Shown here one piece after another: positions 10,390 to 22,980 of a stretch of 64,000 bases of DNA (its first letter is position 1; the number at the start of each line of letters is the position of its first letter). This stretch comes from Terriglobia bacterium. GTDB lineage: Bacteria; Acidobacteriota; Terriglobia; JAJPHL01; JAPKYU01. Below the pieces are notes generated by a model, which was not told where the DNA came from, made no database searches, and saw only the letters and a list, made by a program, of their open reading frames with translations. The translations under genes were made by a program, and so were the position numbers. The stretch spans positions 128,001 through 192,000 of the forward strand of contig CBDCVK010000010.1 in assembly GCA_965223005.1 (NCBI GenBank), written 5' to 3'.

Positions 10390-11057
10390 TACTCCTCCCC
10401 CGCGAACAGCGACGGATTTCGCTTCTGTGGTGCTTGCCGGACGGGGAAGGGAGAAGCGGCTGCCACCGGAGCGTACGTCTTGCGATGCAGCGGAGTGGGG
10501 CCGAATTGCGCCAACGACTGGAGGTGTTGCGGCGTGGTGTAGCCCTTATTTCGCCCTAAGTGGTACTGGGGATACACCGCATCCCATTCTTGCATCAACT
10601 GGTCGCGATGCACCTTGGCCACAATGGAGGCAGCGGCGATGGAAACGCTGCGGGCATCGCCGTGAATGAGGGCGCGCTGAGACAGGTCCCAGGGAAGGTC
10701 GAGCCGCAGAGCATCCACCAACACCAAGGCGGGGCGAGGCTCGAGACGCAGCACCGCCTCACGCATGGCGAGCTGGGAGGCTCGGTAGATGTTGATGAGA
10801 TCAATGCGGGCTGCGTCCACGGCGGCCACCACCCAGGCGATGGCCTGCTGCCGGATGCTCGCGGCCAGTCGCTCACGCACCTCAGGGTCCAGTTGCTTGC
10901 TGTCGTTGATACCGCGGATGCGGCGGGTGGGGTCTAAGATAACAGCCGCGGCCACCACCGGGCCGAACAAGGCGCCACGCCCCACTTCATCTACCCCGGC
11001 CACGTAGCGGTGGCCTGCGGCATAGGCCCGGTTCTCCAGGCGCCAAGTGCAACCCAT
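10389..11057 (-). CDS. rnhB: Ribonuclease HII
   Basis: VAGVDEVGRG, NDSKQL, SIAAASIVAKV, NKGY. Confidence 0.96.
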   Translation of the reverse strand: MGCTWRLENRAYAAGHRYVAGVDEVGRGALFGPVVAAAVILDPTRRIRGINDSKQLDPEVRERLAASIRQQAIAWVVAAVDAARIDLINIYRASQLAMREAVLRLEPRPALVLVDALRLDLPWDLSQRALIHGDARSVSIAAASIVAKVHRDQLMQEWDAVYPQYHLGRNKGYTTPQHLQSLAQFGPTPLHRKTYAPVAAASPFPVRQAPQKRNPSLFAGEE

Positions 11058-11174
11058 GGAAGTGGGACCAAGGCCATGCTAGTGCCGTCCGAACAATTCC
11101 ACAAAGAAAATCGGCAAACTGAGACATTGTGGCGAGGTCACGGATCTCGTGTGGACGACACTGGACCGGCGACC

Positions 11175-11516
11175 CTATTCCCGTTCGCGGATGCGAGCGG
11201 CTCTGCCGCGCCGGCCGCGCAGGTAGTACAGCTTGGCCCGCCGCACCCGGCCGCGGCGCAGCACTTCGATGCGGTCAATCACCTTGGAGTGCACCGGGAA
11301 GATGCGCTCGACACCTTGGCCAAAGCTGATCTTGCGGACCGTGAAGGATTCCCCCATTCCCCGGTTCTTACGGGCGATCACGACGCCCTCGAATGCCTGC
11401 AGCCGCTCCTTGTCGCCCTCCTTGATCTTCACGTGCACGCGGACACTGTCACCTGGACGAAACTCCGGCTGGCCGGCGCGGATGTACTGTTGCGCGATCT
11501 TGTCAACGGGATTCAT
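11175..11516 (-). CDS. rplS: 50S ribosomal protein L19
   Basis: FRPGDSVRV...[12 protein letters not shown]...[12 protein letters not shown]. Confidence 0.98.
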   Translation of the reverse strand: MNPVDKIAQQYIRAGQPEFRPGDSVRVHVKIKEGDKERLQAFEGVVIARKNRGMGESFTVRKISFGQGVERIFPVHSKVIDRIEVLRRGRVRRAKLYYLRGRRGRAARIRERE

Positions 11517-12288
11517 GCTGCTTCCTCTCTTGCTGAATTTCCGACAGCAACTGGCGGTCCTCCCCGCTGAGGTTCACTAGCTCCAGGATTTCCGGGCGGT
11601 TGCGGACTGTCTTTTCCAGCGCCTTTTTGCGCCGCCACCGGCGCACTTGCTCGTGATGCCCCGACACCAACGCCTCGGGCACTCGCAAGCCGCAAAATTC
11701 GGCCGGCCTCGTATAGTGGGGCCAGTCGAGGATTCCGCCGACAGTTTCGGAATCTGCGGCGAAGGCGAACGATTCGCGCACCGCTGAAAGCTCGTCTCCC
11801 AAGGCTCCGGGCAGCAACCGGGTGACGCAATCCACTACGATGGCCGCTGGCAGCTCCCCGCCGCTCAGCACGTAGTTGCCGATGCACAACTCTTCGTCGG
11901 CCAGATGCTCGGCCACCCGTTCGTCCACGCCCTCATAGCGGCCGCAGATCAGCAGAAGTCGCTCGCAGGTGGCCAACTGCGCGGCTCGCCGCTGGGTCAG
12001 CAAGCGCCCCTGCGCCGACATCAGGATGGTGCGATGACCGGCGTCGGAACCTGAGTTGGGGCCTCGAAGGGCTTCGACCGCGGCGAAGATGGGCTCCGGC
12101 TTCAGTACCATGCCCTCGCCTCCGCCAAACGGCCGGTCGTCTACCACCTGGTGGCGCTCGGTGGTGAAGTCGCGCAGGTTATGCACGCGAACCTCAAGCA
12201 GGCCGGCTTCGCGGGCCCGTCGCAGAATGCCGTGTTCCAGAGGCCCGGTAAAGAATCCGGGGAAAATCGTCAAGATGTCGAAGATCAT
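11503..12288 (-). CDS. trmD: tRNA (guanine37-N1)-methyltransferase
   Basis: [34 protein letters not shown]. Confidence 0.97.
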   Translation of the reverse strand: MIFDILTIFPGFFTGPLEHGILRRAREAGLLEVRVHNLRDFTTERHQVVDDRPFGGGEGMVLKPEPIFAAVEALRGPNSGSDAGHRTILMSAQGRLLTQRRAAQLATCERLLLICGRYEGVDERVAEHLADEELCIGNYVLSGGELPAAIVVDCVTRLLPGALGDELSAVRESFAFAADSETVGGILDWPHYTRPAEFCGLRVPEALVSGHHEQVRRWRRKKALEKTVRNRPEILELVNLSGEDRQLLSEIQQERKQHESR

Positions 12289-12346
12289 CAGCTTAGGATG
12301 GCTTCCTCGGTAGTTATTTTATTTCCAATCTTCAATGACTCAATCC

Positions 12347-12904
12347 TCACTGATTCAGTCCCAACAGTCCTTCGGGCAACTCCACCTCAATGACCCGGCC
12401 GGCCAGATCAATTCGCCTGCAAATTTCCTCGGCGAAGGGGACCAGCAATTCCCCCCCGGGAGTATCCACCACCAGCACGGGGGTGCCTGCTGTGGGATCC
12501 AGCCAGCGCACCACCCCCAGCTCGCGCCCGCCTTCCACCACCCGGCACCCGGGCAGGTCCGACCAGTACACAGCAGAGCCTTCCAATGGGCGGCGCTGGG
12601 CGGCCGGGATGCAAACTTCGTAGCCGGCCAGCTTTCTGGCTGCCTCGCGGTCGTCCACTCCGGCGAACTTCAGGATCACCCCGCCTTTGTGGAACCAGAA
12701 CTGTTCCAGCCGCGCCGGCCGGTGCAGACCGTCGGAGCCTGTGAGCCAAACCGTCTCTGCTTCGGCAAAGCGCTGATGGAAATCGGTGAAGAGCTCAGCG
12801 GCCACTTCGCCCCGGCGGCCCTGTGCCCGCCGGATGCGGGCAATCGTCACGAACGGCTCGGCAACTCCCGGGTCGGGCGTGTCTGCGGCGCTTGCCTCGG
12901 CCAC
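12347..12904 (-). CDS. rimM: Ribosome maturation factor RimM
   Basis: AQGRRGEV, KFAGVDDRE, LLVPF...LPEGLL; position between khpA and trmD; start approximate. Confidence 0.92.
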   Translation of the reverse strand: MAEASAADTPDPGVAEPFVTIARIRRAQGRRGEVAAELFTDFHQRFAEAETVWLTGSDGLHRPARLEQFWFHKGGVILKFAGVDDREAARKLAGYEVCIPAAQRRPLEGSAVYWSDLPGCRVVEGGRELGVVRWLDPTAGTPVLVVDTPGGELLVPFAEEICRRIDLAGRVIEVELPEGLLGLNQ

Positions 12905-12911
12905 GCTCGGC

Positions 12912-13142
12912 TCACTCCAGGATTTCCAGCGCAAAGCGCTTTTTCAACTTCATCCCGGCAGCGTTCAGGATCGTGCGCATGCTCCGGGCCGTGCGGCCCT
13001 GCCGCCCGATCACCTTGCCCAGATCACCAGGGGCCACTCGCAATTCCAGCACCGTCGTCTGTTCCCCTTCGATCGCCCGCACCTGCACTTCGTCCGGATG
13101 ATCCACCAAGGCCCTCGCCATCTGCTCGACGAGTTCCTTCAT
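12912..13142 (-). CDS. khpA: KH-domain RNA-binding protein
   Basis: [13 protein letters not shown]; located between rpsP and rimM. Confidence 0.93.
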   Translation of the reverse strand: MKELVEQMARALVDHPDEVQVRAIEGEQTTVLELRVAPGDLGKVIGRQGRTARSMRTILNAAGMKLKKRFALEILE

Positions 13143-13338
13143 AACGCCTCCCGCTTCCCGTCCCGGCCAGCCGGGAACTCGCGGCCGCTGCTTTGAACGC
13201 CCGAAACCTGGATGGCTTAGGAATGCGAACTGGAAAAGAACATTTGCAGCCCGGCTCTTGCCGGTCGGCCGAAAACGATTCGCTGTGTCTGGAAGCGGGT
13301 GGTCACCACCTCGAGCGGGTCCGCCGCGCGGGCCCAGT

Positions 13339-13620
13339 TCACGCGCCTAGCTCGGCGACCTGATCCTCCGGCCCGGGCTGTTTCTCCAACAGCTGTTTCT
13401 CCAACAGGTGACGCACCCGTTCGGAGGGTTGCGCACCCTTATCCATCCAGTAGCGGACGCGGTCGGCGTTGAGCTTGACCGTCGCCGGGTTCGTCAGCGG
13501 GTTGTACTGGCCGACGATTTCCACGGGTCTCCCACCCCGGGCGCGCTCACGCTCGATCACTACCACCCGATAAAAGGGCCTCTTCTTGGCGCCGAACCGG
13601 GCCAGGCGAATTCTCAGCAC
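13339..13620 (-). CDS. rpsP: 30S ribosomal protein S16
   Basis: [18 protein letters not shown]...GAQPSERV. Confidence 0.97.
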   Translation of the reverse strand: MLRIRLARFGAKKRPFYRVVVIERERARGGRPVEIVGQYNPLTNPATVKLNADRVRYWMDKGAQPSERVRHLLEKQLLEKQPGPEDQVAELGA

Positions 13621-13742
13621 CTGCTCACCTCCTTGCTTTGGTTAGCCGCCCTGGGGCGGCACCACTGATAGCGCCCGGCCTCAGCCGGGCATCTTTGCTC
13701 GCGGTGCCGACCACAAGAGTCGGCATTCCCGGCGCCACAGCT

Positions 13743-15104
<1,362 letters not shown>

Positions 15105-15355
15105 GAATGCGAGTCCTTCACCTGGTCAGGGGACGCAAAGCCCCTAGGACATACCTGCCCCCCGCAGCCAAACGGCCTATTGTATCATGCGATAGCAGAA
15201 CCGGGCACGCGAAGCAGAACCGGGGAAACGCGAGGCCAGGGGGTTGTCATCTAACTGGCGTGGTTCGCGAAAAAGGGCACTACTGCACGCCGAGGGTGAC
15301 GGTGTTGTTCGGCACACCGTTGTTGCTGATTTCCAGGTCGCGGCCAACCGGGGGG

Positions 15356-16554
15356 CTAAGTAACTGGCGGAGACGCTCCCACGGGTACCTCGACGATGTT
15401 GCTCGGCACACCGATGTTGATGATTTCTAGGTTGTGAGCAACGGGCGGGATCGCACCCTCGGGGGGCTGCGAAACCGGCGGGGACAAACCCACGGGTACC
15501 TCGACGTTGACCTGGTACAGGCCCACGAATCCCGGGGCCAGGCCGGAGTAGACCACCTCAGCGGGAATGCCGCCGATGTTTACCAACGGCGGGCTAACGG
15601 TTCGCGCCAATGGCTCCGTGCCGGGAGCAACATTGCCGGATGGCACTTCCGGCAGGACCCGCCCCAACCCCGTGCAAAAGATCAGCAGGAACTCGCCCGT
15701 CTGTGCCGGGTTGCTTTCGGTGACGGGCTGGAAATCTGCCGCGTGAAGGATCGCCCCGGGGCCGGTCCCCTGCTGGTTCATGGTAAAAATCCCAGGTGAC
15801 ACGGCTGCCACCGAGACCGGCTGTATCACGCTGGTTTCACCGCCCCGTGTCACCTGCACCGAGGCCACACCCGCTCCGGATACCAGTTCAAACGGCACCT
15901 GCGCATTGATTTGCGTGCCAGAGACAAAAAACAGCGCGGCCGGCATGCCGTTGAAGGTCACACTGGTCTCTCCCAGCGTGGTGGGTAGAGGCACCTCCGA
16001 CGCTATCTGGGTATCGCTGGCCAGCTCCGTCCCAAAGATAGACACGATCGCGCCCGGAGCGATAAAGGATTTGGACTCCGTCGCCGGCCGGAAGCTGGCG
16101 CCGTTGACCACCGAGTCGGGCGGCAGGATCGGAGGAGTCGTCGACTCGCTCAACGTAGCCGAGACCGAAATAAAAAACGTCTCGTCGGTGCCAGTGGCAG
16201 TGCCGATGACCCGCGCCTCACTGACCCCAGGCCCCGGCAAGACCCCGTAAAGAATCGTCATGATGAAAGACGCCCGACCCGGCTCAAACGTGACCGTGGG
16301 CGGAACGCTGAGCCAGCCTGTTCCGTTCATGAAATCCACCGAGAGAGTAAAGAGGACGCTTCCCTGTCTTGCGCAGCCCTGGATCGTTTCGTCTACCATC
16401 ACAACATGCTGTGAAGGCGGTGCTCCTATGGAGGCGGAAATACCAGGACCCGCGGAGACATGCAACCGCTAATGTCTTGCCCGAACGCGGGCCTGGCAAA
16501 GATCAATGCCAGACAGAAGACCCCCAAGAATACCAACCGCCGAATGGACATCAT
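15356..16554 (-). pseudogene. Secreted protein with Solibacter-type (TIGR03437-like) C-terminal domain; frameshift near 16466 and decayed 3' duplication
   Basis: Signal peptide MMSIRRLVFLGVFCLALIFARPAFG in a different frame from the body (VVNGASF..APGAIVSIFG..QINAQVP..GLAPGFVGLYQVN). Confidence 0.7.
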
Positions 16555-16716
16555 GTTCTCCGCCTGAGTCCCAACACGTTTCCCAGCACCTCGTTCACCT
16601 CCTGCCGTTGGAAGAGTGTGCTTGCCGTGGCCGGGGTAGCCTTGGCGGGGCCGCCACGTCAGGATTTACCTCAACAGAAGAAGATGAAGGTGTGGGCGCA
16701 GCAGCGCTTGCGCCCT

Positions 16717-18222
16717 TTAACCACCGACATTGATCCACACGGACTTCACCTGGGTGTAAAGATCCAGCGCGTGGACTCCTGATTCGCGGCCGTACCCGCT
16801 CATCTTGTACCCGCCGAACGGCATAGCGGCATCGAAAACGTTGTAGCAATTCACCCAAACGACCCCGGCCTGCAAGGACTTGGCGATGCCGTGAGCCTTT
16901 TGTATATCCCGAGTCCAAACACCGCCGGCCAGTCCATAGAAGGTATTGTTGCTCAGCTTCACTACCTCATCTAAGTCCTGGAATGGGATCGCAGTCAGGA
17001 CAGGCCCGAAGATTTCCTCTTGAGCGATGCGCATGTCTGCCCGCACGCCGTCGAACACCGTGGGCTTAACGAAGTATCCTTTTGCCAGCTCTCCCGTGGT
17101 CAAGCGCTCGCCGCCTACAACGGGCTTGGCTCCTTCCTGCTGTCCAATTCGGAGGTACCCGGTCACGCGGTCGAGCTGCTCCTGCGAGATGAGCGGTCCC
17201 ATCTGGGTCTCAGGGTCGAGGTTGTTTCCGACCTTGATCGTCGACGCAAATTGGGCCACCTGAGAGACGAATTTGTCGTAGATCTTCTTTTCGACGAAAA
17301 GCCTTGACCCCGCACAGCAAACCTGTCCGGAGAGTCGGAAGATGGCCCACGCTGCTCCTGAAACCGCTTGCTCCAAGTCGGCGTCCGCGAAGACGATATC
17401 CGGAGACTTCCCACCCAATTCCAGAGAAACCCGCTTGAGGTTTCCCGCGGAGGCCTTGACGATGCTTTGTCCGGTTAAGTATTCACCGGTGAAGGCGATT
17501 TTATTGACGTCGTGGTGCTCCGCCAGGGCAGCCCCGGCAGTTGGACCGAATCCCGGGCAGATATTCACCACACCGGGGGGAATCCCGGCTTCCAGGATCA
17601 GCTCACCCAGGCGAAGCGCGGATAGAGGTGTCTGCTCGGCCGGTTTCAACACCAGCGTGCACCCGGTCGCCAGCGCCGGCGCCACCTTCCACATGGAGGT
17701 GACCAGCGGACCGTTCCAGGGAACAATCGCTCCCACCACGCCGACGGGCTCGCGCAGCGTGTAGGTGAAGTAATTACCAGGTGCCGAGTTTTCGATTGTT
17801 TCCCCATGAATCTTTGTCGCCCATCCCGCGTAGTAGCGGCACACCGCAGCGACCCGAGGGATCATCCCCGTTCGGGCCATAGTGATTGGCATCCCGTTGT
17901 CCAAGACCTCAAGGAAGGCCAGTTCTTCCCCGTTGGCTTCGATCAGGTCCGCCAGTCGTAGCAGGAGGCGCTGGCGCTCCACAGGCTTGACCTTCGCCCA
18001 GTCGCCTTCGAATGCCCTGCGCGCCGCTTTCACCGCCCGGTCAATATCTTCCCGGTCGGCTTCTGCCACCCGGGCGTGGACCTCTCCGGTGGTTGGGTTC
18101 ATCGTTTCGAAGGTTTTTCCCGAAGCGGCCTCAACCCATTTCCCGTCAATCAACATTCGCTTGGGTTGAGTCGCAAGGAAAGATTGCACTGCCGGATGAA
18201 CTTGTTGCGTAACTGTTGCCAT
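16717..18222 (-). CDS. NAD(P)-dependent aldehyde dehydrogenase
   Basis: PWN, KPAEQTP, LELGGKSP, GQVCCAG, EEIFGPV, PFGGYKMSG. Confidence 0.96.
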   Translation of the reverse strand: MATVTQQVHPAVQSFLATQPKRMLIDGKWVEAASGKTFETMNPTTGEVHARVAEADREDIDRAVKAARRAFEGDWAKVKPVERQRLLLRLADLIEANGEELAFLEVLDNGMPITMARTGMIPRVAAVCRYYAGWATKIHGETIENSAPGNYFTYTLREPVGVVGAIVPWNGPLVTSMWKVAPALATGCTLVLKPAEQTPLSALRLGELILEAGIPPGVVNICPGFGPTAGAALAEHHDVNKIAFTGEYLTGQSIVKASAGNLKRVSLELGGKSPDIVFADADLEQAVSGAAWAIFRLSGQVCCAGSRLFVEKKIYDKFVSQVAQFASTIKVGNNLDPETQMGPLISQEQLDRVTGYLRIGQQEGAKPVVGGERLTTGELAKGYFVKPTVFDGVRADMRIAQEEIFGPVLTAIPFQDLDEVVKLSNNTFYGLAGGVWTRDIQKAHGIAKSLQAGVVWVNCYNVFDAAMPFGGYKMSGYGRESGVHALDLYTQVKSVWINVGG

Positions 18223-18404
18223 GCTGTAGCTCCTTTCTATGGATGACAGGCGTTATCTCCGAATCTGCCGTCGGGGACTAAGCCAAATCATATTCCACCG
18301 GAGAAGACCTTGCGGCCAGCGTTTTGCTGCCCGGTCTGTCGGTGCCGGGACGTTGCAAACTGGTTTATCGACCCTGGGCCAGTTTATCGACTCTGGGGAT
18401 GCTG

Positions 18405-18941
18405 CTACCCGGCCAGCTTCCCGGCCACCCCCAGCGCCGCTTCAAAATCCGGAAGCGTGCTGAGCTCCTTGACGTACTCGACGTGGCGCACCGTATCGTC
18501 CTTATCGAGGACGAAGATGGCGCGGGCATCAAGCCGCAGTTCCTTGACCAGAGTCCCGTAGGCATGGCCGAAGGAGGCGTCGCGGTGGTCCGACAGGGTG
18601 CGCAGGTTACTGACGTCGGCGGCGCCGCACCAGCGCTTCTGGGCAAACGGCAGGTCCATGCTAATGGTCAGGATCTCTGCGTTCGGCAGCTTCGCCGCTT
18701 CTTCGTTGAACCGGCGCGTCTGCTGGTCGCACACCGGCGTGTCCAGCGATGGCACGACGCTCAGGATGCGCACCTTGCCTGCCGTGTCTTTCAAGCTGAC
18801 GGGCTTCAGGTCGTTGTCCAGCACGGTGAAACCCGGTGCGCGGTCGCCCACCCGGATTTCAGCCCCGACCAGAGTAAAGGGGTTGTTGAACAAGGTCACC
18901 GCGCCGGCTCGTTCCACCGGCGACGCCTTGGCTCCTGCCAT
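18405..18941 (-). CDS. tpx: Thiol peroxidase (atypical 2-Cys peroxiredoxin)
   Basis: VPSLDTPVC, SMDLPFAQKRWC. Confidence 0.95.
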   Translation of the reverse strand: MAGAKASPVERAGAVTLFNNPFTLVGAEIRVGDRAPGFTVLDNDLKPVSLKDTAGKVRILSVVPSLDTPVCDQQTRRFNEEAAKLPNAEILTISMDLPFAQKRWCGAADVSNLRTLSDHRDASFGHAYGTLVKELRLDARAIFVLDKDDTVRHVEYVKELSTLPDFEAALGVAGKLAG

Positions 18942-19019
18942 GGGATACTCCTCCCTATGAGAATTTCCTGCTTCGAACCGGGAGATTATACACGTGAACC
19001 CCCCCCCCCGCTCAGCTTT

Positions 19020-20156
19020 TCATTCGGCCGGAGCCTGCTCCGCCTCGGGCGGCCCGACATCGGGCGGCATCTCGCCGGTCAGCGACTCCAGAAACGCCAC
19101 CAGATCGGCGCGCTCCCGGCCGCTGAGGAAGTCCAGCTCTCGAATTTCCTTGTCGAGGTGCGGGTTGGAGTTGCCGCCTCCCACGTAGAGATCCACGACT
19201 TCTTTCAGCGTCTTAAGGCTGCCGTCGTGCATGTAGGGAGCTGTCTGTGCGATGTTACGAAGCGAAGGGGTCTTAAAAGCGCCCCGGTCGGCTTCATTCT
19301 TGGTGACGTCGAAGCGCCCTTGGTCGGTCAACTCCGGGACGCCACCGAGTACCAGCTTCACGCCAACCCCCAGGTTGTGGAACTTGTTGTCGGCAAACAA
19401 GGCGTGTTTCTCACCAATGGTGTGGCACTCAGCGCAGTTGCCCTTCTTGGGTTCGCGAAACACCTCCAGGCCGCGCTGGGCGGCCTTGCTCAGCGCCTTC
19501 GTATCGCCGGCATAATAGTGCCGGTCGAAAGGAGAATTGCCGCTGACGACCGTGCGCTCAAAGGAAGCGATGGCCTTCCCCACCTTCTCGTAGGTGATCG
19601 GCCCCGGGCCAAAGGCCTTTTCGAAGGCCGCCCGGTAGCTGGCGTCAGCCGTTAGCTTTTTCTCCACTCCCTCCAGAGTGTGGGCCATCTCGACCGAGTT
19701 CTCCACCGGACCAGCGGCCTGCTTCTCTAGACTCGGCGCGCGCCCATCCCAGAATTGAGTGGTGTAGTAGGCGGCGTTGAAGACGGTGGGGGCATTGCGG
19801 CCGCCCTTCTGGCCCCTTACCCCCTCGGAAAACTGCTTCCCATCGGTGAAGCCAAAGTCGGGGTGATGACAGGTGGCGCAGGCCACCGTGTTGTCCACCG
19901 AGAGGATGGGATCGTAGTAGAGCAGACGCCCCAATGCGACGGTGTCGGCAGTGGGAGGATTGTCGGCAGGAATCGGGACCGGAGGCAATCCCAGCGGAGC
20001 GCGGACCTCGATGGGAGGCCCGAGAGGCATTGCTGCTGGAGGTGCCTTGGCCGGCGGCGCCGGCTCCGGCTTTCGAGCGCGGTATAGCAACAGTCCCACC
20101 ACGATCAGAACAACACCAAGAACCATGAGCATGAGCGCTTTTAGGGAATCCATCAC
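19020..20156 (-). CDS. Membrane-anchored di-heme cytochrome c peroxidase/MauG family protein
   Basis: CATCH and CAECH heme motifs, RNAPT, FWDGRA, FKTPSLRN, PYMHDG. Confidence 0.93.
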   Translation of the reverse strand: MMDSLKALMLMVLGVVLIVVGLLLYRARKPEPAPPAKAPPAAMPLGPPIEVRAPLGLPPVPIPADNPPTADTVALGRLLYYDPILSVDNTVACATCHHPDFGFTDGKQFSEGVRGQKGGRNAPTVFNAAYYTTQFWDGRAPSLEKQAAGPVENSVEMAHTLEGVEKKLTADASYRAAFEKAFGPGPITYEKVGKAIASFERTVVSGNSPFDRHYYAGDTKALSKAAQRGLEVFREPKKGNCAECHTIGEKHALFADNKFHNLGVGVKLVLGGVPELTDQGRFDVTKNEADRGAFKTPSLRNIAQTAPYMHDGSLKTLKEVVDLYVGGGNSNPHLDKEIRELDFLSGRERADLVAFLESLTGEMPPDVGPPEAEQAPAE

Positions 20157-20277
20157 CGCCTCCTTGCCACTAGTCTACCTCTAGTCTGCCTCCACTCCAG
20201 AGCTGAGTTCAGGAGCCTTGCCCGGTAGTCATCCGGGTCTGAAAATCGCCGCCAGGTGGAATAGACCGCATCCGGCC

Positions 20278-21006
20278 CTAGCTGCGCAAGTGCTTTTCCC
20301 AGCCGGGAACCTCAAGCGAGGTGAAGGCGTAGAGCGGGAACAGACGCTGGAACGTCTGCTCAATCTGGCGCGCCAGGCTGGCGCTGCCCAGGCCCGGATG
20401 GGAAGGCTTGAAGACCTTGCGCACTACCCAACCATCCAGGCGCAACCACTCGGCCGCGGAGCGGGGCAGGCCGCTGGTCTTGACCCGCTGCTTCTTTTCG
20501 CTGCGGTACCAGTAGCAGTCGTAACCATGGCGCACAACGTGACGGGCCAGCCACCGTTCCAGCCGCTGCTGGCGGGTTTCGAGGCGCGGTCGAAACACGC
20601 GGACCAGCGTGCCGGTCTTGCTCTGGGCATAAATGGAGAAGCCCAAGGTAAGGCCCTCGCCGCTGACCCCCACGTAGAGGCGGCCGTCGGAGGGGCGGTC
20701 GCGCCGCCGGTCGTAAAAGTACAGGTAGTAGTTGGTGTGGTAGGGGCTCCGGTCGGGCCAAAAGCGGATGTCGCGGTTGATGCGGGAGAAATTTCCGTTT
20801 GTCTTACCCGCCGTGTCAAAGTAAGGGTTTAGGCGAAGCACGGCGGGTTCCAGTCGGGCCAACAGCGCCCGAAACGTAGCGACCAGCAACTCGTAGCGCT
20901 TCCGGTTCTGGTCAAACCATTCCTTCCGGTTGTGGCGGGCCAGCTCGCGAAAGAAAGCGAAGTGCTCGCGCGAGAAGCCACTGAAGGCAACCTGTTTCGC
21001 CTGCAT
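20278..21006 (-). CDS. DUF2461-family protein
   Basis: FFRELARHNRKEWF, RINRDIRF...PY. Confidence 0.85.
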   Translation of the reverse strand: MQAKQVAFSGFSREHFAFFRELARHNRKEWFDQNRKRYELLVATFRALLARLEPAVLRLNPYFDTAGKTNGNFSRINRDIRFWPDRSPYHTNYYLYFYDRRRDRPSDGRLYVGVSGEGLTLGFSIYAQSKTGTLVRVFRPRLETRQQRLERWLARHVVRHGYDCYWYRSEKKQRVKTSGLPRSAAEWLRLDGWVVRKVFKPSHPGLGSASLARQIEQTFQRLFPLYAFTSLEVPGWEKHLRS

Positions 21007-21116
21007 GGGCCGATTCTAACATGCCGCGGCCCGGCGGCGTTTCGACGACAGGTCCGGAAGAGGTGCTCTGGAGAAAAATGGCCCTGCTCCAGTGAAACAG
21101 CACTAGACTGGGAGTG

Positions 21117-21461
21117 ATGCCGGAATGCCTATTCTGCCAGATTGTGCGCGGGGAGCGCCCCTCGCGCATTGTGTTTGAAGATGACGCCGTAGTGGCCTTC
21201 GAGGACGTTCGCCCGCAGGCCCCCACCCACCTGCTGGTAATCCCTCGCAAGCACATCGCTGGACTGGACGAGGCAGAGGCCGAAGACGAGTTGCTGCTGG
21301 GCCGCCTCCAGCGAGTCGCGGCCCAGCTTGCGGTCGAGCGCAACATCCACCGCACCGGCTACCGCACCGTGCTCAACGTCGGCTCGAACGCCGGCCAGAG
21401 CGTTTTTCATCTGCACCTGCACCTGCTGGGCGGGCGCCCCATGCAATGGCCTCCAGGATAA
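21117..21461 (+). CDS. hinT: Histidine triad (HIT) nucleotide-binding protein
   Basis: CLFC, AGQSVFHLHLHLLGGR..WPPG. Confidence 0.93.
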   Translation: MPECLFCQIVRGERPSRIVFEDDAVVAFEDVRPQAPTHLLVIPRKHIAGLDEAEAEDELLLGRLQRVAAQLAVERNIHRTGYRTVLNVGSNAGQSVFHLHLHLLGGRPMQWPPG

Positions 21462-21489
21462 CCTCGTAGGTGTTATCCTCTTCGAACTG

Positions 21490-22167
21490 ATGCCCGAATC
21501 CCATAACGCAAAAGGAGCAGAACCTGGGGGCACCCGGCCCGAGGCCGGCAAACCCGAGGGCGTTGCGAAGTCGGAGAAGCCAAGACCGCAGGTACCAGCA
21601 GGCGCCGTGAGCCCTGCCCAGCCGGTCAAGCCTGCTGTTGGGAAAAAGCACGAAGCGAAATCGCTCAAGCCCCAGACCCCCACTCCCGGTGCGCTAGTGG
21701 TGGAGGAATCGGTGGAGATTGCCGCCCCTCCCGAAAAGGTGTGGAAAATCTTTACCGAGGAGCAGAACTGGCCGAACTGGAATCCCGTGACCAAGCGGGC
21801 CAGCCACCTGAGCGGCTCTCGGTGGAGGCTGGGCTGGCAGTTTGAGTTGGTGTTGCGGAATCGGCCGTTCCCTTCCTTGACGGTCCGACCGATCGTGCTA
21901 GAGGTAAGCGTGCCACTGCTGGTGCGTTGGTTCGAGGCGGCGCCGGGCCTCAGCGCGATGCACTGGTTCCTGTTCGAGAAGACCGAGACGGGCACGCGCG
22001 TGACCAGCTACGAGGAGTTCACCGGAATGCTGACACCGCTGTTGCGGCTCTTCAGCGGCTTGATCTTCCGCATGGTCCGCCGCTGGTTGCAAGCTTTGAA
22101 ACAAGAGTGCGAGAAGACGGCCCCATCGGCTGCGGGGTCCTCGCTGCCGGTGTTAGGGGCAAAATAG
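21490..22167 (+). CDS. SRPBCC/polyketide cyclase family protein
   Basis: VEIAAPPEKVW...WPNWNP...WLQALK; start uncertain. Confidence 0.8.
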   Translation: MPESHNAKGAEPGGTRPEAGKPEGVAKSEKPRPQVPAGAVSPAQPVKPAVGKKHEAKSLKPQTPTPGALVVEESVEIAAPPEKVWKIFTEEQNWPNWNPVTKRASHLSGSRWRLGWQFELVLRNRPFPSLTVRPIVLEVSVPLLVRWFEAAPGLSAMHWFLFEKTETGTRVTSYEEFTGMLTPLLRLFSGLIFRMVRRWLQALKQECEKTAPSAAGSSLPVLGAK

Positions 22168-22263
22168 CCGCACGCTGGCTGTACGAAGCCAGGCCCCCTG
22201 TCATTCCGAACGAAGCGAGGAATGTGCTTTTCGCTTGCCATGCAGGTTCTGCCGCTGGTCGCC

Positions 22264-22980
22264 TCAACCGCCGAGTATGCGACGCCGCGTCCGATGGGGC
22301 AGCTTTTCGCAGGCAATGCGAAGGAGGAGGCGCGCCGCCCGCTGCCGGACACGCCGCAAGTAGGCCACCACCGGCTGGCGTCTCACCTGGCCAGCTTCCT
22401 TCAGCAGCCAGCCCACGGCCTTTTGCACCATGTCGTCGTCATCCTGCAGAAGTCGATCGGACAAGCGCAAAGTCTGCTGGGTATACATGCCCCGCCGGGC
22501 AGCGGGGACCAGGGAGACAGCCGCTGCCCGACGGTGCCAGCGGTTCTTTGATTTCGCCCAGCGAAAGACGCTGCCGAGTCGCGCAGAGTCGGCCGCAATC
22601 ATCCGGCCCAGCAACGCTGTGCAGAACAAGTCACAGGCGGCCCAGTTGCGGATGTGCGGCAGCCAGCGCTCCAGGCGCCGAAACTCGACCGAGCCAAACT
22701 GGTGTACCGACCGTTGGAGCAAAGCCACTCCCAGCACCGCCTCTTCCAGCGTGGGCCCTGCGAACAGCTTCCCTGCCACGGCGAGCAGCAGATCGGAATC
22801 GCCCGTCGCCAATATCTCCCGCCGCAGCCTCCCCGCCAGTTTTCTGACTTCAGCCGTGCGCCAGCCATAGGCCCGTACCGGCTCCTTGAAAAACCGCTGC
22901 ATCTGCCGCGCAAAGGCCGGCGAAGCCTTGCTCCGAAGCTCACGACGCGTGGCGCGGACCAACTGTTCTGCACGATTCAT
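22264..22980 (-). CDS. DNA alkylation repair protein (AlkD-like)
   Basis: NWAACD, W.RRAA, DMVQKAVGWLLKE. Confidence 0.88.
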   Translation of the reverse strand: MNRAEQLVRATRRELRSKASPAFARQMQRFFKEPVRAYGWRTAEVRKLAGRLRREILATGDSDLLLAVAGKLFAGPTLEEAVLGVALLQRSVHQFGSVEFRRLERWLPHIRNWAACDLFCTALLGRMIAADSARLGSVFRWAKSKNRWHRRAAAVSLVPAARRGMYTQQTLRLSDRLLQDDDDMVQKAVGWLLKEAGQVRRQPVVAYLRRVRQRAARLLLRIACEKLPHRTRRRILGG

